Shown here one piece after another: positions 10,211 through 20,546 of a stretch of DNA of 64,000 bases (positions within the stretch are counted from its first letter, which is position 1; the number at the start of each line of letters is the position of its first letter). The stretch is taken from assembly GCA_017503005.1 (NCBI GenBank), contig JAFVTW010000017.1, positions 32,853 through 96,852 on the forward strand. The letters run 5' to 3'. This stretch comes from Clostridia bacterium (GTDB taxonomy: Bacteria > Bacillota > Clostridia > Christensenellales > UBA1242). The notes below the pieces were generated by a model. The model made no database searches and was not told the DNA's origin. It worked only from the letters and a program-made list of their open reading frames with translations. A program made the translations under genes and the position numbers.

Positions 10211-10408
10211 ATGGCAGTACCAAAGGGAAAGGTTTCTAAGGCAAGACGTAATTCCAGAAAAGCTAACTGGAAAGCTTCAACACCTTCTATTGTTGAATGT
10301 CCACATTGCCATGAACTTGTTGCTCCACATAGAGTTTGCAAAAAATGCGGATACTATGATGGTGTAGAAGTTAAAAAGGTTGGCAAGGAAAACAAGGAAA
10401 CTAAATAG
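10211..10408 (+). CDS. rpmF: 50S ribosomal protein L32 (Zn-ribbon type)
   Basis: MAVPK.K.SK.RR, CPHC...PHRVC..CG.Y. Confidence 0.97.
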   Translation: MAVPKGKVSKARRNSRKANWKASTPSIVECPHCHELVAPHRVCKKCGYYDGVEVKKVGKENKETK

Positions 10409-10444
10409 TTTCAGTTTTAGAAAACAGAATAATTAAGTAAAATC

Positions 10445-10469
10445 TCGCACATATAATGTGCGATTTTTT
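10445..10469 (+). terminator. Terminator after rpmF
   Basis: TCGCACAT-ata-ATGTGCGA-TTTTTT. Confidence 0.75.
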
Positions 10470-10593
10470 ATTGCCCAAAATAGTCCATTTTTTAGATGTT
10501 TTTAAATAAATATTTAAAAAAGGTGACTATTTGTTTTTTTTAATTTTGTAAATGTGTTAAAATTGTAGTTGATTATATATAATTGGAGTAATT

Positions 10594-11622
10594 ATGACCA
10601 AAATTGTTGTAGATGTAAATGGTGGAGATTATTCACCAAGTGAGCCTATTTTAGGTGCTATAAAAGCAATAAAAAATATTGAAGATTTAAGTATTATTTT
10701 TTGTGGACCAAAAGCAGAGATAGAACAAGTTTTGACTAGCAATAATTGTGATATGTCAAGAGTTGAAATTATAGATGCTCCAGACACAATTACAAATATG
10801 GATATTCCTACAGTTGCTATCAAACAAAAAACAGAGAGTTCTATGTATCATGCATTTGAGCAACTTAGGACAAATGACGAAACTTGTGGTTTGGTAAGTT
10901 GTGGCTCTACTGGTGCACTACTTACTGGTGCTTTTTTAAGATTAGGCAGAATCAAAGGTGTATCTAGACCAGCACTATGTCCTATACTTCCTACAATCAA
11001 TGATGAACACCCTATAGTTTCTATAGCAGATTGTGGGGCAAATGTAGATAGCAAGCCTATCAATTTGGTGCATTTTGCTGTTATGGGTAATGCATATTTA
11101 AAAGCTGTGTATGGTATAGAAAATCCTAGAATCGCACTTTTGAGCAATGGTACCGAAGATAAAAAAGGTAACGAACTTACTCATGCAACTTTTCCTATTT
11201 TGAAAGGTTTAGAAGATATCAATTTTGTTGGTAATATGGAAGCTAGAGATTTGTTAAATGGTGTTGCAGATTTGATTGTTACTGATGGGTTTGCTGGTAA
11301 TGTATTATTAAAGAGTACTGAGGGTGCAGTTTTAAATTTGCTTAGTCTACTTAAATCTGAAATTAAAAGCAGTGTAGTGTCTTCTATCGGTGCTTTGTTT
11401 ATGAAGAAGACATTTAAAAATTTAAAATCAAAATTAGACTACAATCAAAAAGCTGGTGCAGTGCTATTGGGAACCAAAAAGATTGTTGTAAAATCTCATG
11501 GTAATAGCAAGGCTGAGAGTATTTATTTGAGTATTAAATTGGCATATGATATGCACAAAGCAAATTTGTGTAAGATTATAGAAGAAGAAGTAAGCAAGGT
11601 AAAAGTGGAAGTTGATGAGTAA
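10594..11622 (+). CDS. plsX: Phosphate acyltransferase PlsX
   Basis: VD..GGD..P, G.TGAL, RIKGVSRPAL, D.GAN.D, TDGF.GNV.LK, KSHG. Confidence 0.95.
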   Translation: MTKIVVDVNGGDYSPSEPILGAIKAIKNIEDLSIIFCGPKAEIEQVLTSNNCDMSRVEIIDAPDTITNMDIPTVAIKQKTESSMYHAFEQLRTNDETCGLVSCGSTGALLTGAFLRLGRIKGVSRPALCPILPTINDEHPIVSIADCGANVDSKPINLVHFAVMGNAYLKAVYGIENPRIALLSNGTEDKKGNELTHATFPILKGLEDINFVGNMEARDLLNGVADLIVTDGFAGNVLLKSTEGAVLNLLSLLKSEIKSSVVSSIGALFMKKTFKNLKSKLDYNQKAGAVLLGTKKIVVKSHGNSKAESIYLSIKLAYDMHKANLCKIIEEEVSKVKVEVDE

Positions 11623-12277
11623 TTTAGAAGAATTTGAAAAATTAATCAATTATACTTTTAAAGACAAATCTTTGTTGCAGACAGCATTGAGCCATAGCTC
11701 TGCTTCTAGTAGTGACAACTATGAACGAATGGAGTTTTTGGGCGATGGATTGTTGTCTATAATTGTTGCAGAGCATTTATTTTTAACTACTAAGGATAAA
11801 GTTGGCAAGATGAGTGTGTTTAGAAGCAATCTTGTATCTACCGATGCTCTTAGTCAAGTAGTTATAGAAAATGGTTGGGACAAGTATGTTGTAGTAGGTC
11901 AAAGTGTTTTGGGTACACATACTATTGCTAAAAATATTTTGGCAGATGTGTTTGAAAGTATTACGGCTGCTATATATTTGGATTCTAACTTTGAAACAGC
12001 AAAAAGCTTTGTTGCAAAATATATATTAAATCATGTGTCAGGTTGTGTAGGTGTTGACTACAAAACCAAGTTGCAAGAGTATCTAGCTAAAATAAATCCG
12101 GACTTTACATTGAAGTATGAGGTGCTAGCTAGTAGTGGTCCTAGCCACGATATGAGATTTAGTATAGGTCTAAAGTATAATGGCGAATTAGTTTCTCAAG
12201 CAGAAGGAAGTAGTAAGAAGTCTGCTGAGCAACAATGTGCACAAATGTTTTTGGAAAAACTAACAAAAATGGCTTAA
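11615..12277 (+). CDS. rnc: Ribonuclease III
   Basis: ERMEFLGD signature, ADVFES..AAIYLD, dsRBD DYKT.LQE...SKK.AEQ. Confidence 0.95.
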   Translation: MSNLEEFEKLINYTFKDKSLLQTALSHSSASSSDNYERMEFLGDGLLSIIVAEHLFLTTKDKVGKMSVFRSNLVSTDALSQVVIENGWDKYVVVGQSVLGTHTIAKNILADVFESITAAIYLDSNFETAKSFVAKYILNHVSGCVGVDYKTKLQEYLAKINPDFTLKYEVLASSGPSHDMRFSIGLKYNGELVSQAEGSSKKSAEQQCAQMFLEKLTKMA

Positions 12278-12367
12278 TTTATTGATAAATTTGCTATTTC
12301 AAATTGTGAAATAGTGTGGTATAATATCAATGTGTTTATTTTATAAAACTTTTCGGAGGAAATTGTC

Positions 12368-15300
12368 TTGAACTTTAAACAAATCGAAATGGTGGGTTTC
12401 AAATCGTTTGCCGATCCTATCAAAGTAACATTCGAGCAAGGTATTACTGCTATCGTAGGACCTAATGGTTGTGGTAAGAGTAATGTTGCCGATGCTATTC
12501 GTTGGGTATTAGGTGAACAAAGTAGCAAAATGCTTCGTGGTACCAGTATGCAAGATGTTATCTTTAAAGGTACAGAAAAAAGAAAAAGTATGTCTTTTTG
12601 CGAAGTGTCACTACTATTTGACAACTCAAACAAAATTTTTAAAACAGACTATGATGAAATATGTATAACTCGTAAACTGTATCGTAGTGGCGAAAGTGAA
12701 TATATGCTTAACCACACAAACTGCAGATTAAAAGATATTGTAGAAATTTTGCATGATAGTGGTATAGGTAAGAGCGGTTATAGTATTATCGGTCAAGGTA
12801 AAGTAGAAGAAATTATCAATTCTAAACCAATAGACCGTCGTGCTATTTTTGAAGAAGCTGCTGGTATTGCTGGTTTCAAAGCTAAGAAGGTAGAAGCAGA
12901 AAGAAAATTAGAACGAACTCAAGATAACTTGGTTAGAATCACTGATATTGTTTCTGAAATTGACAGACAATTAAAACCTCTTAAACATCAAGCAGAAGTG
13001 GCTAGAAAGTATCTAGAACTTAAAGAAAAACTTAAATCTTTAGAAGTTAATGCTTATATCTATCAATACGACTATGCTGCAGCTAATAAAGCAGAAATTG
13101 AAGAGAAAATCAATGCAATATTAGAAGAAATGAACCATAGACAAGGTCAACTTGACAAAGTTATTTTGGATTATAACAATACCTTTGAAAAGGTTGATTC
13201 TATCGATGGCGATATTTCAAAATTGAGAGATGTTATCTTAAATATTACTGTTGAATTGGAAAAACAAGCAGGTCAAAACAATCTTATAAATGAAAAGATT
13301 CAATCAAAAACTATCGAAGCAAATCGTTTAAAAGATGAATTAGAAAAGATTAATCAAAATGAATTAGCTTTCAATAAGGAATTGAATGCTAGACAAACAG
13401 ATATTGCTACAAAGAAAGATAAGTTGAATCAGTTGAATGATAGAATTGCTGATGTAACTGTTAATTATGATAAGATTAATAGCGAACTTACTAAGAGTGA
13501 AGATGATGCAAAAGAAACTCAAAGAAAATTGTTCGAAGCTTTGAGTAAGTTGGGTGATGTTAAGGCTCAAATTAGTGCTTTAAATGCTGAAAAAACCACA
13601 TATTTAGAGCAATTAAAGAATCTGGAAGCTAACTTAAACAATGCTAAATCAAAACTTGCTGAAAGCAAGCAAAATGTAAATGATTCTAAGCAAAAGATTG
13701 AGGTTTTGAATCAAAAGAATAATAGCCTAAATAATATTGTTAATGATAATTTAGCAGAACAAAACAGACTAGATATTGACTTTAAACAAGCCCAAAACAA
13801 CCTTAATACTATTAGTTCAAATATTCTTTCATTAGAACATCGTAAGAAAATGTTGGAAGATATGCAAAGAGAATATGAGGGCTTTAATGGTAGTGTAAAA
13901 AGATTGCTTACTGATGCAGAACACAATGCTAGTCTTAAATCAAAAATTGTAGGTGTATTAGCATCACTTATTAAGGTTCCTCAAGACTATCAATCAGCTA
14001 TCGAAATGGCATTAGGTAATGCCGTTCAAAACATTGTTACATATAGTGATGATGGGGCAAAGGAGCTTATTGCATATCTAAAACAAAAAGAGTATGGTAG
14101 AATTACATTCTTGCCTATCAACACGGTAAAAGATCGTTATTTTGATTCAAGTTATCGTAAATTGTTAAATAGTCAAGGTGTGTATGGTGTTGCTAGTGAA
14201 TTAATTTCATACAACAAAAACATATCAAATATTATTTCTAGTTTGTTGGGTACTACTGTGATTGTAGACAATACAAATACAGCTGTTTCATTAGCTAGAC
14301 AAACCAAATATGCTTTTAGAATTGTTACACTAGATGGTGATGTTATTAATCCGCAAGGTAGTATAACTGGTGGTAGCAAAAAATCACAAGTTGCAAACTT
14401 ACTATCTCGTGAAACCGATATCGAAAATTCTAACAAAGCTATTCAAAAACTACTTGCAGAAAAAGAAGCTGTATCTAATACAGTTCAAAATTTAACAAGT
14501 AAGTTAAATGCAATTAGTGAAGTTATCAAACAAAAAAGTGCAGAACTTCGTGATGCTGAAATTAGCTTGGCTGCAGAAAAAGAAAGATACGAAAAGTACA
14601 ATTCTATTAGTTTAAGCTTAGAAGCTGAAGTAAATTCATTGACTGGTGAAATTGCTAAGTCGAATCAAATTGTAGAAGCTATTACTAGTGAAGTTGCAAA
14701 GATTAGTAATACCGAAGATTTGGAAGAAAATCCAACTACAACTTTAGAAGAGAACAATAGCCAATTTAGTCAAATGAGGGCACAAAGAGACAGCTATGCA
14801 AATGAGCTTACAAACTTAAAAGTTGAAACAGCATCAATCTCTAGTGAGATACTAAGTTTGGAAAGCGACATAGAGAGAATCAAGTTTGCTATTAGTAGTA
14901 ATGCTGGTCTTCGTGTAGAAGTGGAAGCAGCTATAGAAGAAAATAATAATCAATTATCATCACTTAAAAATATTATGGGTGAAGCTAGTCAAAGCAACAA
15001 TGTAAACCTAGATATCAAAAAGTTAGATGATACAAAAATTGAAGTTGAAAAATTGTCTAATGAAAAAATTAACTTGCAATCAAATTTGAGAGCTTTAGAA
15101 GAAGAAAGAATGAATTTGACTAATGAAGTTAATAAATTACAAGATAGAAAACATCAACAAGATATTAATTTATCAAAAATTGATACAGATATCGAAACAT
15201 TGCAAGAGAGAGTATGGACTGAATATGAATTGACATATAGTACAGCTCAAGACTATAAATTGCCAGAATTTGATGTAAAACAAGGACTTTTAGACATAAA

Positions 15301-15946
15301 CACATTACGAAAAGAAATAAACAAATTAGGTAATGTAAATGTAAATGCTATCGAAGATAGCAAATTGTTAGAAGAAAGACATGGTAATTTGTATACTCAA
15401 GCTCAAGATCTAATCAAAGCTGAAGACGATTTGAAACAAATCATTAAAGAATTGTCTGACGAAATGACAGCTAGATTTGATGATGCATTCAACCAAATTA
15501 ATTCAAACTTTGGTGTAGTATTCAAAGAACTATTTGGTGGCGGTAGTGCTAGACTTCAATTAGTTCAATCTGAAGATATGTTGGAAGCAGGTGTAGATAT
15601 CGTGGCTGAGCCTCCTGGAAAGAAATTGAGTAACATTACACTTCTTTCTGGTGGTGAAAAATCATTGACAGCTATTGCAATTTTATTTGCAATTTTGAGA
15701 TTGAGACCAATGCCATTCTGCTTGTTGGACGAAATTGAGGCAGCTCTGGACGAAGCCAATGTTGCTAGATTTGCTGCTTACTTAAGAAGATATTCTGCTG
15801 AGACTCAATTCATTGTTATTACTCACAAAAAGCCAACTATGGAACATGCTGATGCATTGTTTGGTGTAACGATGGAAGAGAAAGGTGTAAGTAAAGTTGT
15901 TTCTGTTAAACTTACAGAAGCTATTAAAAATATAGAGGAAGATTAA
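12368..15946 (+). CDS. smc: Chromosome segregation protein SMC
   Basis: GFKSF, GPNGCGKSN, hinge GR.TFLP, LSGGE, LDEIEAALD; TTG start after GGAGG. Confidence 0.97.
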   Translation: MNFKQIEMVGFKSFADPIKVTFEQGITAIVGPNGCGKSNVADAIRWVLGEQSSKMLRGTSMQDVIFKGTEKRKSMSFCEVSLLFDNSNKIFKTDYDEICITRKLYRSGESEYMLNHTNCRLKDIVEILHDSGIGKSGYSIIGQGKVEEIINSKPIDRRAIFEEAAGIAGFKAKKVEAERKLERTQDNLVRITDIVSEIDRQLKPLKHQAEVARKYLELKEKLKSLEVNAYIYQYDYAAANKAEIEEKINAILEEMNHRQGQLDKVILDYNNTFEKVDSIDGDISKLRDVILNITVELEKQAGQNNLINEKIQSKTIEANRLKDELEKINQNELAFNKELNARQTDIATKKDKLNQLNDRIADVTVNYDKINSELTKSEDDAKETQRKLFEALSKLGDVKAQISALNAEKTTYLEQLKNLEANLNNAKSKLAESKQNVNDSKQKIEVLNQKNNSLNNIVNDNLAEQNRLDIDFKQAQNNLNTISSNILSLEHRKKMLEDMQREYEGFNGSVKRLLTDAEHNASLKSKIVGVLASLIKVPQDYQSAIEMALGNAVQNIVTYSDDGAKELIAYLKQKEYGRITFLPINTVKDRYFDSSYRKLLNSQGVYGVASELISYNKNISNIISSLLGTTVIVDNTNTAVSLARQTKYAFRIVTLDGDVINPQGSITGGSKKSQVANLLSRETDIENSNKAIQKLLAEKEAVSNTVQNLTSKLNAISEVIKQKSAELRDAEISLAAEKERYEKYNSISLSLEAEVNSLTGEIAKSNQIVEAITSEVAKISNTEDLEENPTTTLEENNSQFSQMRAQRDSYANELTNLKVETASISSEILSLESDIERIKFAISSNAGLRVEVEAAIEENNNQLSSLKNIMGEASQSNNVNLDIKKLDDTKIEVEKLSNEKINLQSNLRALEEERMNLTNEVNKLQDRKHQQDINLSKIDTDIETLQERVWTEYELTYSTAQDYKLPEFDVKQGLLDINTLRKEINKLGNVNVNAIEDSKLLEERHGNLYTQAQDLIKAEDDLKQIIKELSDEMTARFDDAFNQINSNFGVVFKELFGGGSARLQLVQSEDMLEAGVDIVAEPPGKKLSNITLLSGGEKSLTAIAILFAILRLRPMPFCLLDEIEAALDEANVARFAAYLRRYSAETQFIVITHKKPTMEHADALFGVTMEEKGVSKVVSVKLTEAIKNIEED

Positions 15947-15950
15947 TTGT

Positions 15951-16841
15951 ATGGGGTTCTTTTCAAAACTGTTTGCTGGACTAAAGAAGACTAAAGATAG
16001 TATTGCTAGCAAATTAAATTCAATATTTGTTGGCGAACTAGATGACGAGTTTTATGAAGAATTAGAATATGTATTAATAAGTTCTGATATCGGTGCAGAA
16101 GCTACCGAAGAAATTATTGAAGAAGTGAAAGCAAAGGCAAAAAAAGAGAAAATCAAAACTGTTGATGATTTCAAAGCTTTGCTTAGAACTGTAATGATTG
16201 AAATTTTAAACGAGGCCAAAGATGAAGAGTTGGAGTATCCTGCACTAATTACTTTTGTAGGGGTAAACGGTGTAGGTAAAACAACTGCTATAGGTAGACT
16301 GGCTCACAAGTTTAAATCAGACAAAAAGTCTGTTTTGATGGTGGCAGGAGATACATTTAGAGCTGCTGCTAGTGATCAGCTTACAGAGTGGTCAAAAAGA
16401 GCAGGGGTTAGAATTGTAAAATATACCGAAGGTGCTGACCCTGGTGCTGTTGTATTTGATGGTATTACAAGTGCCAAAGCAAAGAAAGATGATGTGGTGC
16501 TTGTAGATACTGCAGGTAGATTACACAATAAAGCTAATCTTATGGAAGAATTAAAGAAGATATCAAAGGTTATAGGTCGTGAGTGGGAAGGAGATTACAA
16601 GAACTATCTAGTAATTGATGCTACCACTGGTCAAAATGCTTTGTCTCAAGTAGAAACATTCAATGAATGTGTGGGTATTGACGGTATAGTGCTTACTAAA
16701 CTAGACGGCACAGCCAAAGGTGGTATAGTGTTTGCTATAGCCAAAGAATACGGTATACCTGTAAAATATGTAGGTGTAGGCGAAGGAATTGACGATATTG
16801 TTGACTTTGATCCAGAAGAATTTGTTAATGGTATAGTATAA
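15951..16841 (+). CDS. ftsY: SRP receptor FtsY
   Basis: GVNGVGKTT, DTFRAAA, DTAGR, TKLDGTAKGG. Confidence 0.97.
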   Translation: MGFFSKLFAGLKKTKDSIASKLNSIFVGELDDEFYEELEYVLISSDIGAEATEEIIEEVKAKAKKEKIKTVDDFKALLRTVMIEILNEAKDEELEYPALITFVGVNGVGKTTAIGRLAHKFKSDKKSVLMVAGDTFRAAASDQLTEWSKRAGVRIVKYTEGADPGAVVFDGITSAKAKKDDVVLVDTAGRLHNKANLMEELKKISKVIGREWEGDYKNYLVIDATTGQNALSQVETFNECVGIDGIVLTKLDGTAKGGIVFAIAKEYGIPVKYVGVGEGIDDIVDFDPEEFVNGIV

Positions 16842-16867
16842 AACTTGTATATTTATTAAATAATTAT

Positions 16868-16903
16868 AAAACATCAACCAAACAATAGGGTTGATGTTTT
16901 TTT
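16868..16903 (+). terminator. Terminator after ftsY
   Basis: AAAACATCAACC...GGTTGATGTTTTTTT. Confidence 0.75.
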
Positions 16904-16933
16904 GATTTTGTAATAAAAATATCAAACAAATTA

Positions 16934-16961
16934 TTGACAATATTTTATTTTTAAGTATAAT
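16934..16961 (+). promoter_or_regulatory. SigA promoter of ylxM-ffh
   Basis: TTGACA (16934-39), 16 bp, TATAAT (16956-61). Confidence 0.8.
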
Positions 16962-17004
16962 ATCTTATGTAAAGTAATTTTGCTTTACATTAAAAGGTTT
17001 TGAT

Positions 17005-17325
17005 ATGACTTTAGAAGAAACAATTTATATTAGTTCACTGTACAATATCTATGGCAAATTGTTGACTGATAAGCAACAACAAATTTTTGAAAATTATGTT
17101 TTTGAGAATTTGAGTTTGGCAGAAGTTGCTGAGAATGTTGGTATATCTAGACAGGCTGTTTTGGATTGTGTAAACAAATGTTGTACTATTCTAAATAAAT
17201 ACGAAAAATCGTTAGGTATTTGTAAGAGTAATGAGAGGGTAAAAGAGATTTTACTAGAAGCGAAACAAAACCTTACTAATGAGAAATTGATTAAAAAAAT
17301 CAATGATTTATTGACTAATATATAA
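17005..17325 (+). CDS. ylxM: YlxM-family HTH protein
   Basis: YG.LLT.KQ, LSL.E.AE..GISRQAV.D; directly upstream of ffh. Confidence 0.92.
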   Translation: MTLEETIYISSLYNIYGKLLTDKQQQIFENYVFENLSLAEVAENVGISRQAVLDCVNKCCTILNKYEKSLGICKSNERVKEILLEAKQNLTNEKLIKKINDLLTNI

Positions 17326-17334
17326 GGAGAGTAT

Positions 17335-18654
17335 ATGGCTTTATTTGGTTCATTAAGCGAAAAATTATCACATGTTTTTTCGAAGCTTACCAAAAGGGGT
17401 GTGCTAACTGAACTTGAAATCAAAAATGCAATGAGAGAAATAAGAATTGCATTACTTGAAGCTGATGTAAACTTTTTAGTTGTTAAAGATTTGGTTTCAA
17501 AGATTTCTGAAAAATGTACAGGTGAAAGAGTTCTAAAAAGTTTAACACCTGGTCAACAAGTTATCAAAATTGTAAATGAAGAATTGACTGCTTTGATGGG
17601 TAGTACAAATTCTAAACTAACAATAGCTAGCAAGCCTCCTACAATTATATTGATGTGTGGTTTGCAAGGTGCAGGTAAAACCACAATGTGTGGTAAGCTT
17701 GCTAAAATGCTTAAAAAGCAAGGTAAAAAACCATTACTAGTTGCTTGTGATATCTATAGACCTGCAGCTATCAACCAATTAAAGGTGGTAGGTAAATCTG
17801 TAGATGTAGAAGTATACGATGAAGGTACAAACAAACCTGAAAAAACAGCTGTTAATTCTTTAAAGTATGCAGAAAATAAGGGTTATGATGTAGTAATCAT
17901 AGATACTGCTGGTAGACTGCATATAAGTGAAGAATTGATGGATGAACTTAAAGACATTAAGAAAGCAGTTAAGCCTACAGAAATTTTGCTTACAGTTGAC
18001 TCAATGACAGGTCAAGATGCTGTTACAGTAGCAGAAGGGTTTAACAATGAGTTAGATATCACAGGTGTAATTCTTACCAAATTAGATGGTGACACTCGTG
18101 GTGGTGCTGCACTTAGTATCAAGGCTGTCACAGGTAAACCTATCAAATTCTGTGGTGTTGGTGAAAAAATGGACGATATCGAGCCATTCCACCCAGACCG
18201 TATGGCTTCTAGAATTTTGGATATGGGAGATGTATTGACCCTTATCGAAAAAGCTCAAACAATGGTTGATGAAGAAGAAGCTAAAAAATTCGAAAAGAAA
18301 TTTAGAGAAAATTCATTTACATTTGAAGATTACTTAGCTCAATTTGACCAAGTAAAGAAAATGGGAAATATATCAGACCTATTAAATATGATACCTGGTG
18401 CAAGTAAGTTTAAGTTTAATGCAAATATGATAGATGAAAAGCAAATAGCTAGAAACAAAGCGATTATTCAAAGTATGACACCATACGAAAGAAGAAATCC
18501 TGATTGTATCAAAGGTAGTCAAAAGAAGAGAATTGCTGCAGGTTCTGGTACATCTATCCAAGAAGTAAATGCTCTTATCAAAAACTTCTATCAATCAAAA
18601 GAATTGATGAAGCAAATGTCTAATGGTAAAGGCAGATTTAGATTACCATTTTAA
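17335..18654 (+). CDS. ffh: Signal recognition particle protein
   Basis: ALLEADV, GLQGAGKTT, DTAGRL, M-domain SMT..ER. Confidence 0.98.
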   Translation: MALFGSLSEKLSHVFSKLTKRGVLTELEIKNAMREIRIALLEADVNFLVVKDLVSKISEKCTGERVLKSLTPGQQVIKIVNEELTALMGSTNSKLTIASKPPTIILMCGLQGAGKTTMCGKLAKMLKKQGKKPLLVACDIYRPAAINQLKVVGKSVDVEVYDEGTNKPEKTAVNSLKYAENKGYDVVIIDTAGRLHISEELMDELKDIKKAVKPTEILLTVDSMTGQDAVTVAEGFNNELDITGVILTKLDGDTRGGAALSIKAVTGKPIKFCGVGEKMDDIEPFHPDRMASRILDMGDVLTLIEKAQTMVDEEEAKKFEKKFRENSFTFEDYLAQFDQVKKMGNISDLLNMIPGASKFKFNANMIDEKQIARNKAIIQSMTPYERRNPDCIKGSQKKRIAAGSGTSIQEVNALIKNFYQSKELMKQMSNGKGRFRLPF

Positions 18655-18720
18655 TTAGTTTTTAAATTTTTTTGGTTCAAAAAAATTGTATATATACAAA
18701 TTTAAAAAAGGAGAAAATTT

Positions 18721-19017
18721 ATGGCAGTTAAAATTAGATTAACTCGTTTAGGAGACAAGAAATCACCATTCTATCGTGTTGTAGTAGCTGATTCAAGAAC
18801 ATCAAGAGATGGTAAAGTTATCGACAAAATCGGTACATACGATCCAAAAACAGATCCTGCTGAAATCAAAATTGACACTGAAAAAGCAAAAGAATGGTTA
18901 GTTAAAGGTGCTCAACCAACAGAAACAGCTAAAACTATCCTAGTTAAAGCTGGTGTTATTGCAGCTACTGATAAAAAGACAGCTCCAAAGTCAGACAAAA
19001 AGAAAAAACAAGCATAA
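18721..19017 (+). CDS. rpsP: 30S ribosomal protein S16
   Basis: [29 protein letters not shown]. Confidence 0.98.
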   Translation: MAVKIRLTRLGDKKSPFYRVVVADSRTSRDGKVIDKIGTYDPKTDPAEIKIDTEKAKEWLVKGAQPTETAKTILVKAGVIAATDKKTAPKSDKKKKQA

Positions 19018-19033
19018 TTAAAGGGGACTAAAC

Positions 19034-19264
19034 ATGGAACAATTAATTAGTTATATTGTTAAATCATTAGTTGATAACCCTGACAAAGTTGAAGTTTCAA
19101 CCGAAAACGAAAGTGAAAAGGTTATTATCTTAAAAGTGGTTGTTGATCCATCTGATTTAGGAAAAGTAATCGGTAAGGGTGGCAAAATTGCTAGCTCTAT
19201 CCGTACAATAGTTAAGTCAGCTAGTGCAAAATCTGGCCGTCGTTTTATTGTTAAAATTTCTTAA
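19034..19264 (+). CDS. khpA: KH-domain RNA-binding protein KhpA
   Basis: LVDNPD.V, D.GKVIGKGG...IRT; between rpsP and rimM. Confidence 0.93.
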   Translation: MEQLISYIVKSLVDNPDKVEVSTENESEKVIILKVVVDPSDLGKVIGKGGKIASSIRTIVKSASAKSGRRFIVKIS

Positions 19265-19269
19265 AATAT

Positions 19270-19296
19270 AAAAGTGCTATAGTTAGCACTTTTTTT
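19270..19296 (+). terminator. Terminator after khpA
   Basis: AAAAGTGCTA-tagt-TAGCACTTTTTTT. Confidence 0.75.
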
Positions 19297-19399
19297 ATTT
19301 GTTAAAACTAAAGTTGTATGCTAAAATAAAAAAGTAATTTAGTACTGTGCAAACATTTCAAAATTGCACAAATATAGGCTTATTTTAAAGGTGAAACAT

Positions 19400-19870
19400 A
19401 TGAATAAAATTGAAATAGGAATGCTTACTAAACCTCAAGGGCTTAAAGGAGAATTTAGAGTAAAACACAAGATGGAAGCTATCAAGGTTTTTTTTGATTT
19501 GAAACAGGTAGAAATCAATCGTGTAACTTACGATGTTTTAAAGGTTGTAGACAGAGGTGGGTTTTTTATTTTAAAAACTAAACAACTTACAGATATCAAT
19601 CAAATTGAACCTCTAAGAACAGCTAAGGTGTATGCTTATGTTTCTGAAGAAGTGGCAAATGATGTAAATCATAATTTGGGTTACAAGGTTGTGGCTGATG
19701 GTGTAGAACTAGGTACTATTGTAGATGTAAACAATTATGGCTCTACTGATGTGTATTTCTTAGGTACAGGTCAATCTTTTGCTGCCATTCCTAATTTGAT
19801 TGAAAGAATTGATGATGAAAATAAGGTTATGTATGTTGACTCTAATTTAATCAAAGAGGTAATTCTATGA
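19400..19870 (+). CDS. rimM: Ribosome maturation factor RimM
   Basis: IG....PQGLKGE, PRC-barrel G.I.DV...G..DV; synteny. Confidence 0.85.
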   Translation: MNKIEIGMLTKPQGLKGEFRVKHKMEAIKVFFDLKQVEINRVTYDVLKVVDRGGFFILKTKQLTDINQIEPLRTAKVYAYVSEEVANDVNHNLGYKVVADGVELGTIVDVNNYGSTDVYFLGTGQSFAAIPNLIERIDDENKVMYVDSNLIKEVIL

Positions 19871-20544
19871 AAATAACCATTCTAACATTGTTTCCTAAGA
19901 TGTTTGAAGCTCTTAATGAAAGCTTGATAGGTAAAGCTATCGCTAAGGGTGCACTTGATATTGATGTTGTCAATTTTAGAGATTTTTCACTAGACAAGCA
20001 CAAAAGGGTGGATGATTATGCTTTTAGTGGTGGTGCGGGATTAGTTCTTACTCCACAGCCTATTTATGATGCTATTCAAAGTGTGCTTACACCAGATAGT
20101 TATGTGGTATATATGTCTCCAAAGGGAACACCACTTACTCAGGCTAAAGTTAAACAAATTTCTACAGATATCAAGCATTTAGTTGTTATTTGTGGTCACT
20201 ACGAAGGGTTAGATGAAAGAGTAATTGAACTATGTGTAGATGAGCAAATAAGTGTGGGTGATTTTGTGCTAACTGGTGGCGAAATACCTGCTATGGCACT
20301 TGTTGATTCTGTTAGTAGATATATTGATGGTGTGCTACACAATCCGGAAAGTGTAGAAGATGAAAGTTTTTCGGATAATTTGCTAGAGTACCCACAATAT
20401 ACTAGACCTAGAGAGTTTATGGGTTTAAAAGTCCCAGAAGTTCTACTAAACGGCAATCACAAAGCTATAGAACAATGGAAGCAAGAGCAAAAACTTGCCG
20501 AAACTAAGAAATATAGGCCAGATTTATTAGATAAAAAGGATTAA
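19867..20544 (+). CDS. trmD: tRNA (guanine37-N1)-methyltransferase
   Basis: LTLFP, CGHYEG.DER, SVGDFVLTGGE, LLEYPQYTRP. Confidence 0.97.
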   Translation: MKITILTLFPKMFEALNESLIGKAIAKGALDIDVVNFRDFSLDKHKRVDDYAFSGGAGLVLTPQPIYDAIQSVLTPDSYVVYMSPKGTPLTQAKVKQISTDIKHLVVICGHYEGLDERVIELCVDEQISVGDFVLTGGEIPAMALVDSVSRYIDGVLHNPESVEDESFSDNLLEYPQYTRPREFMGLKVPEVLLNGNHKAIEQWKQEQKLAETKKYRPDLLDKKD

Positions 20545-20546
20545 TT

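Noticed and set aside
12900-15400. Repetitive-looking sequence in smc (and in recN)
   Set aside because: Ordinary coiled-coil heptad composition, not DNA repeats.
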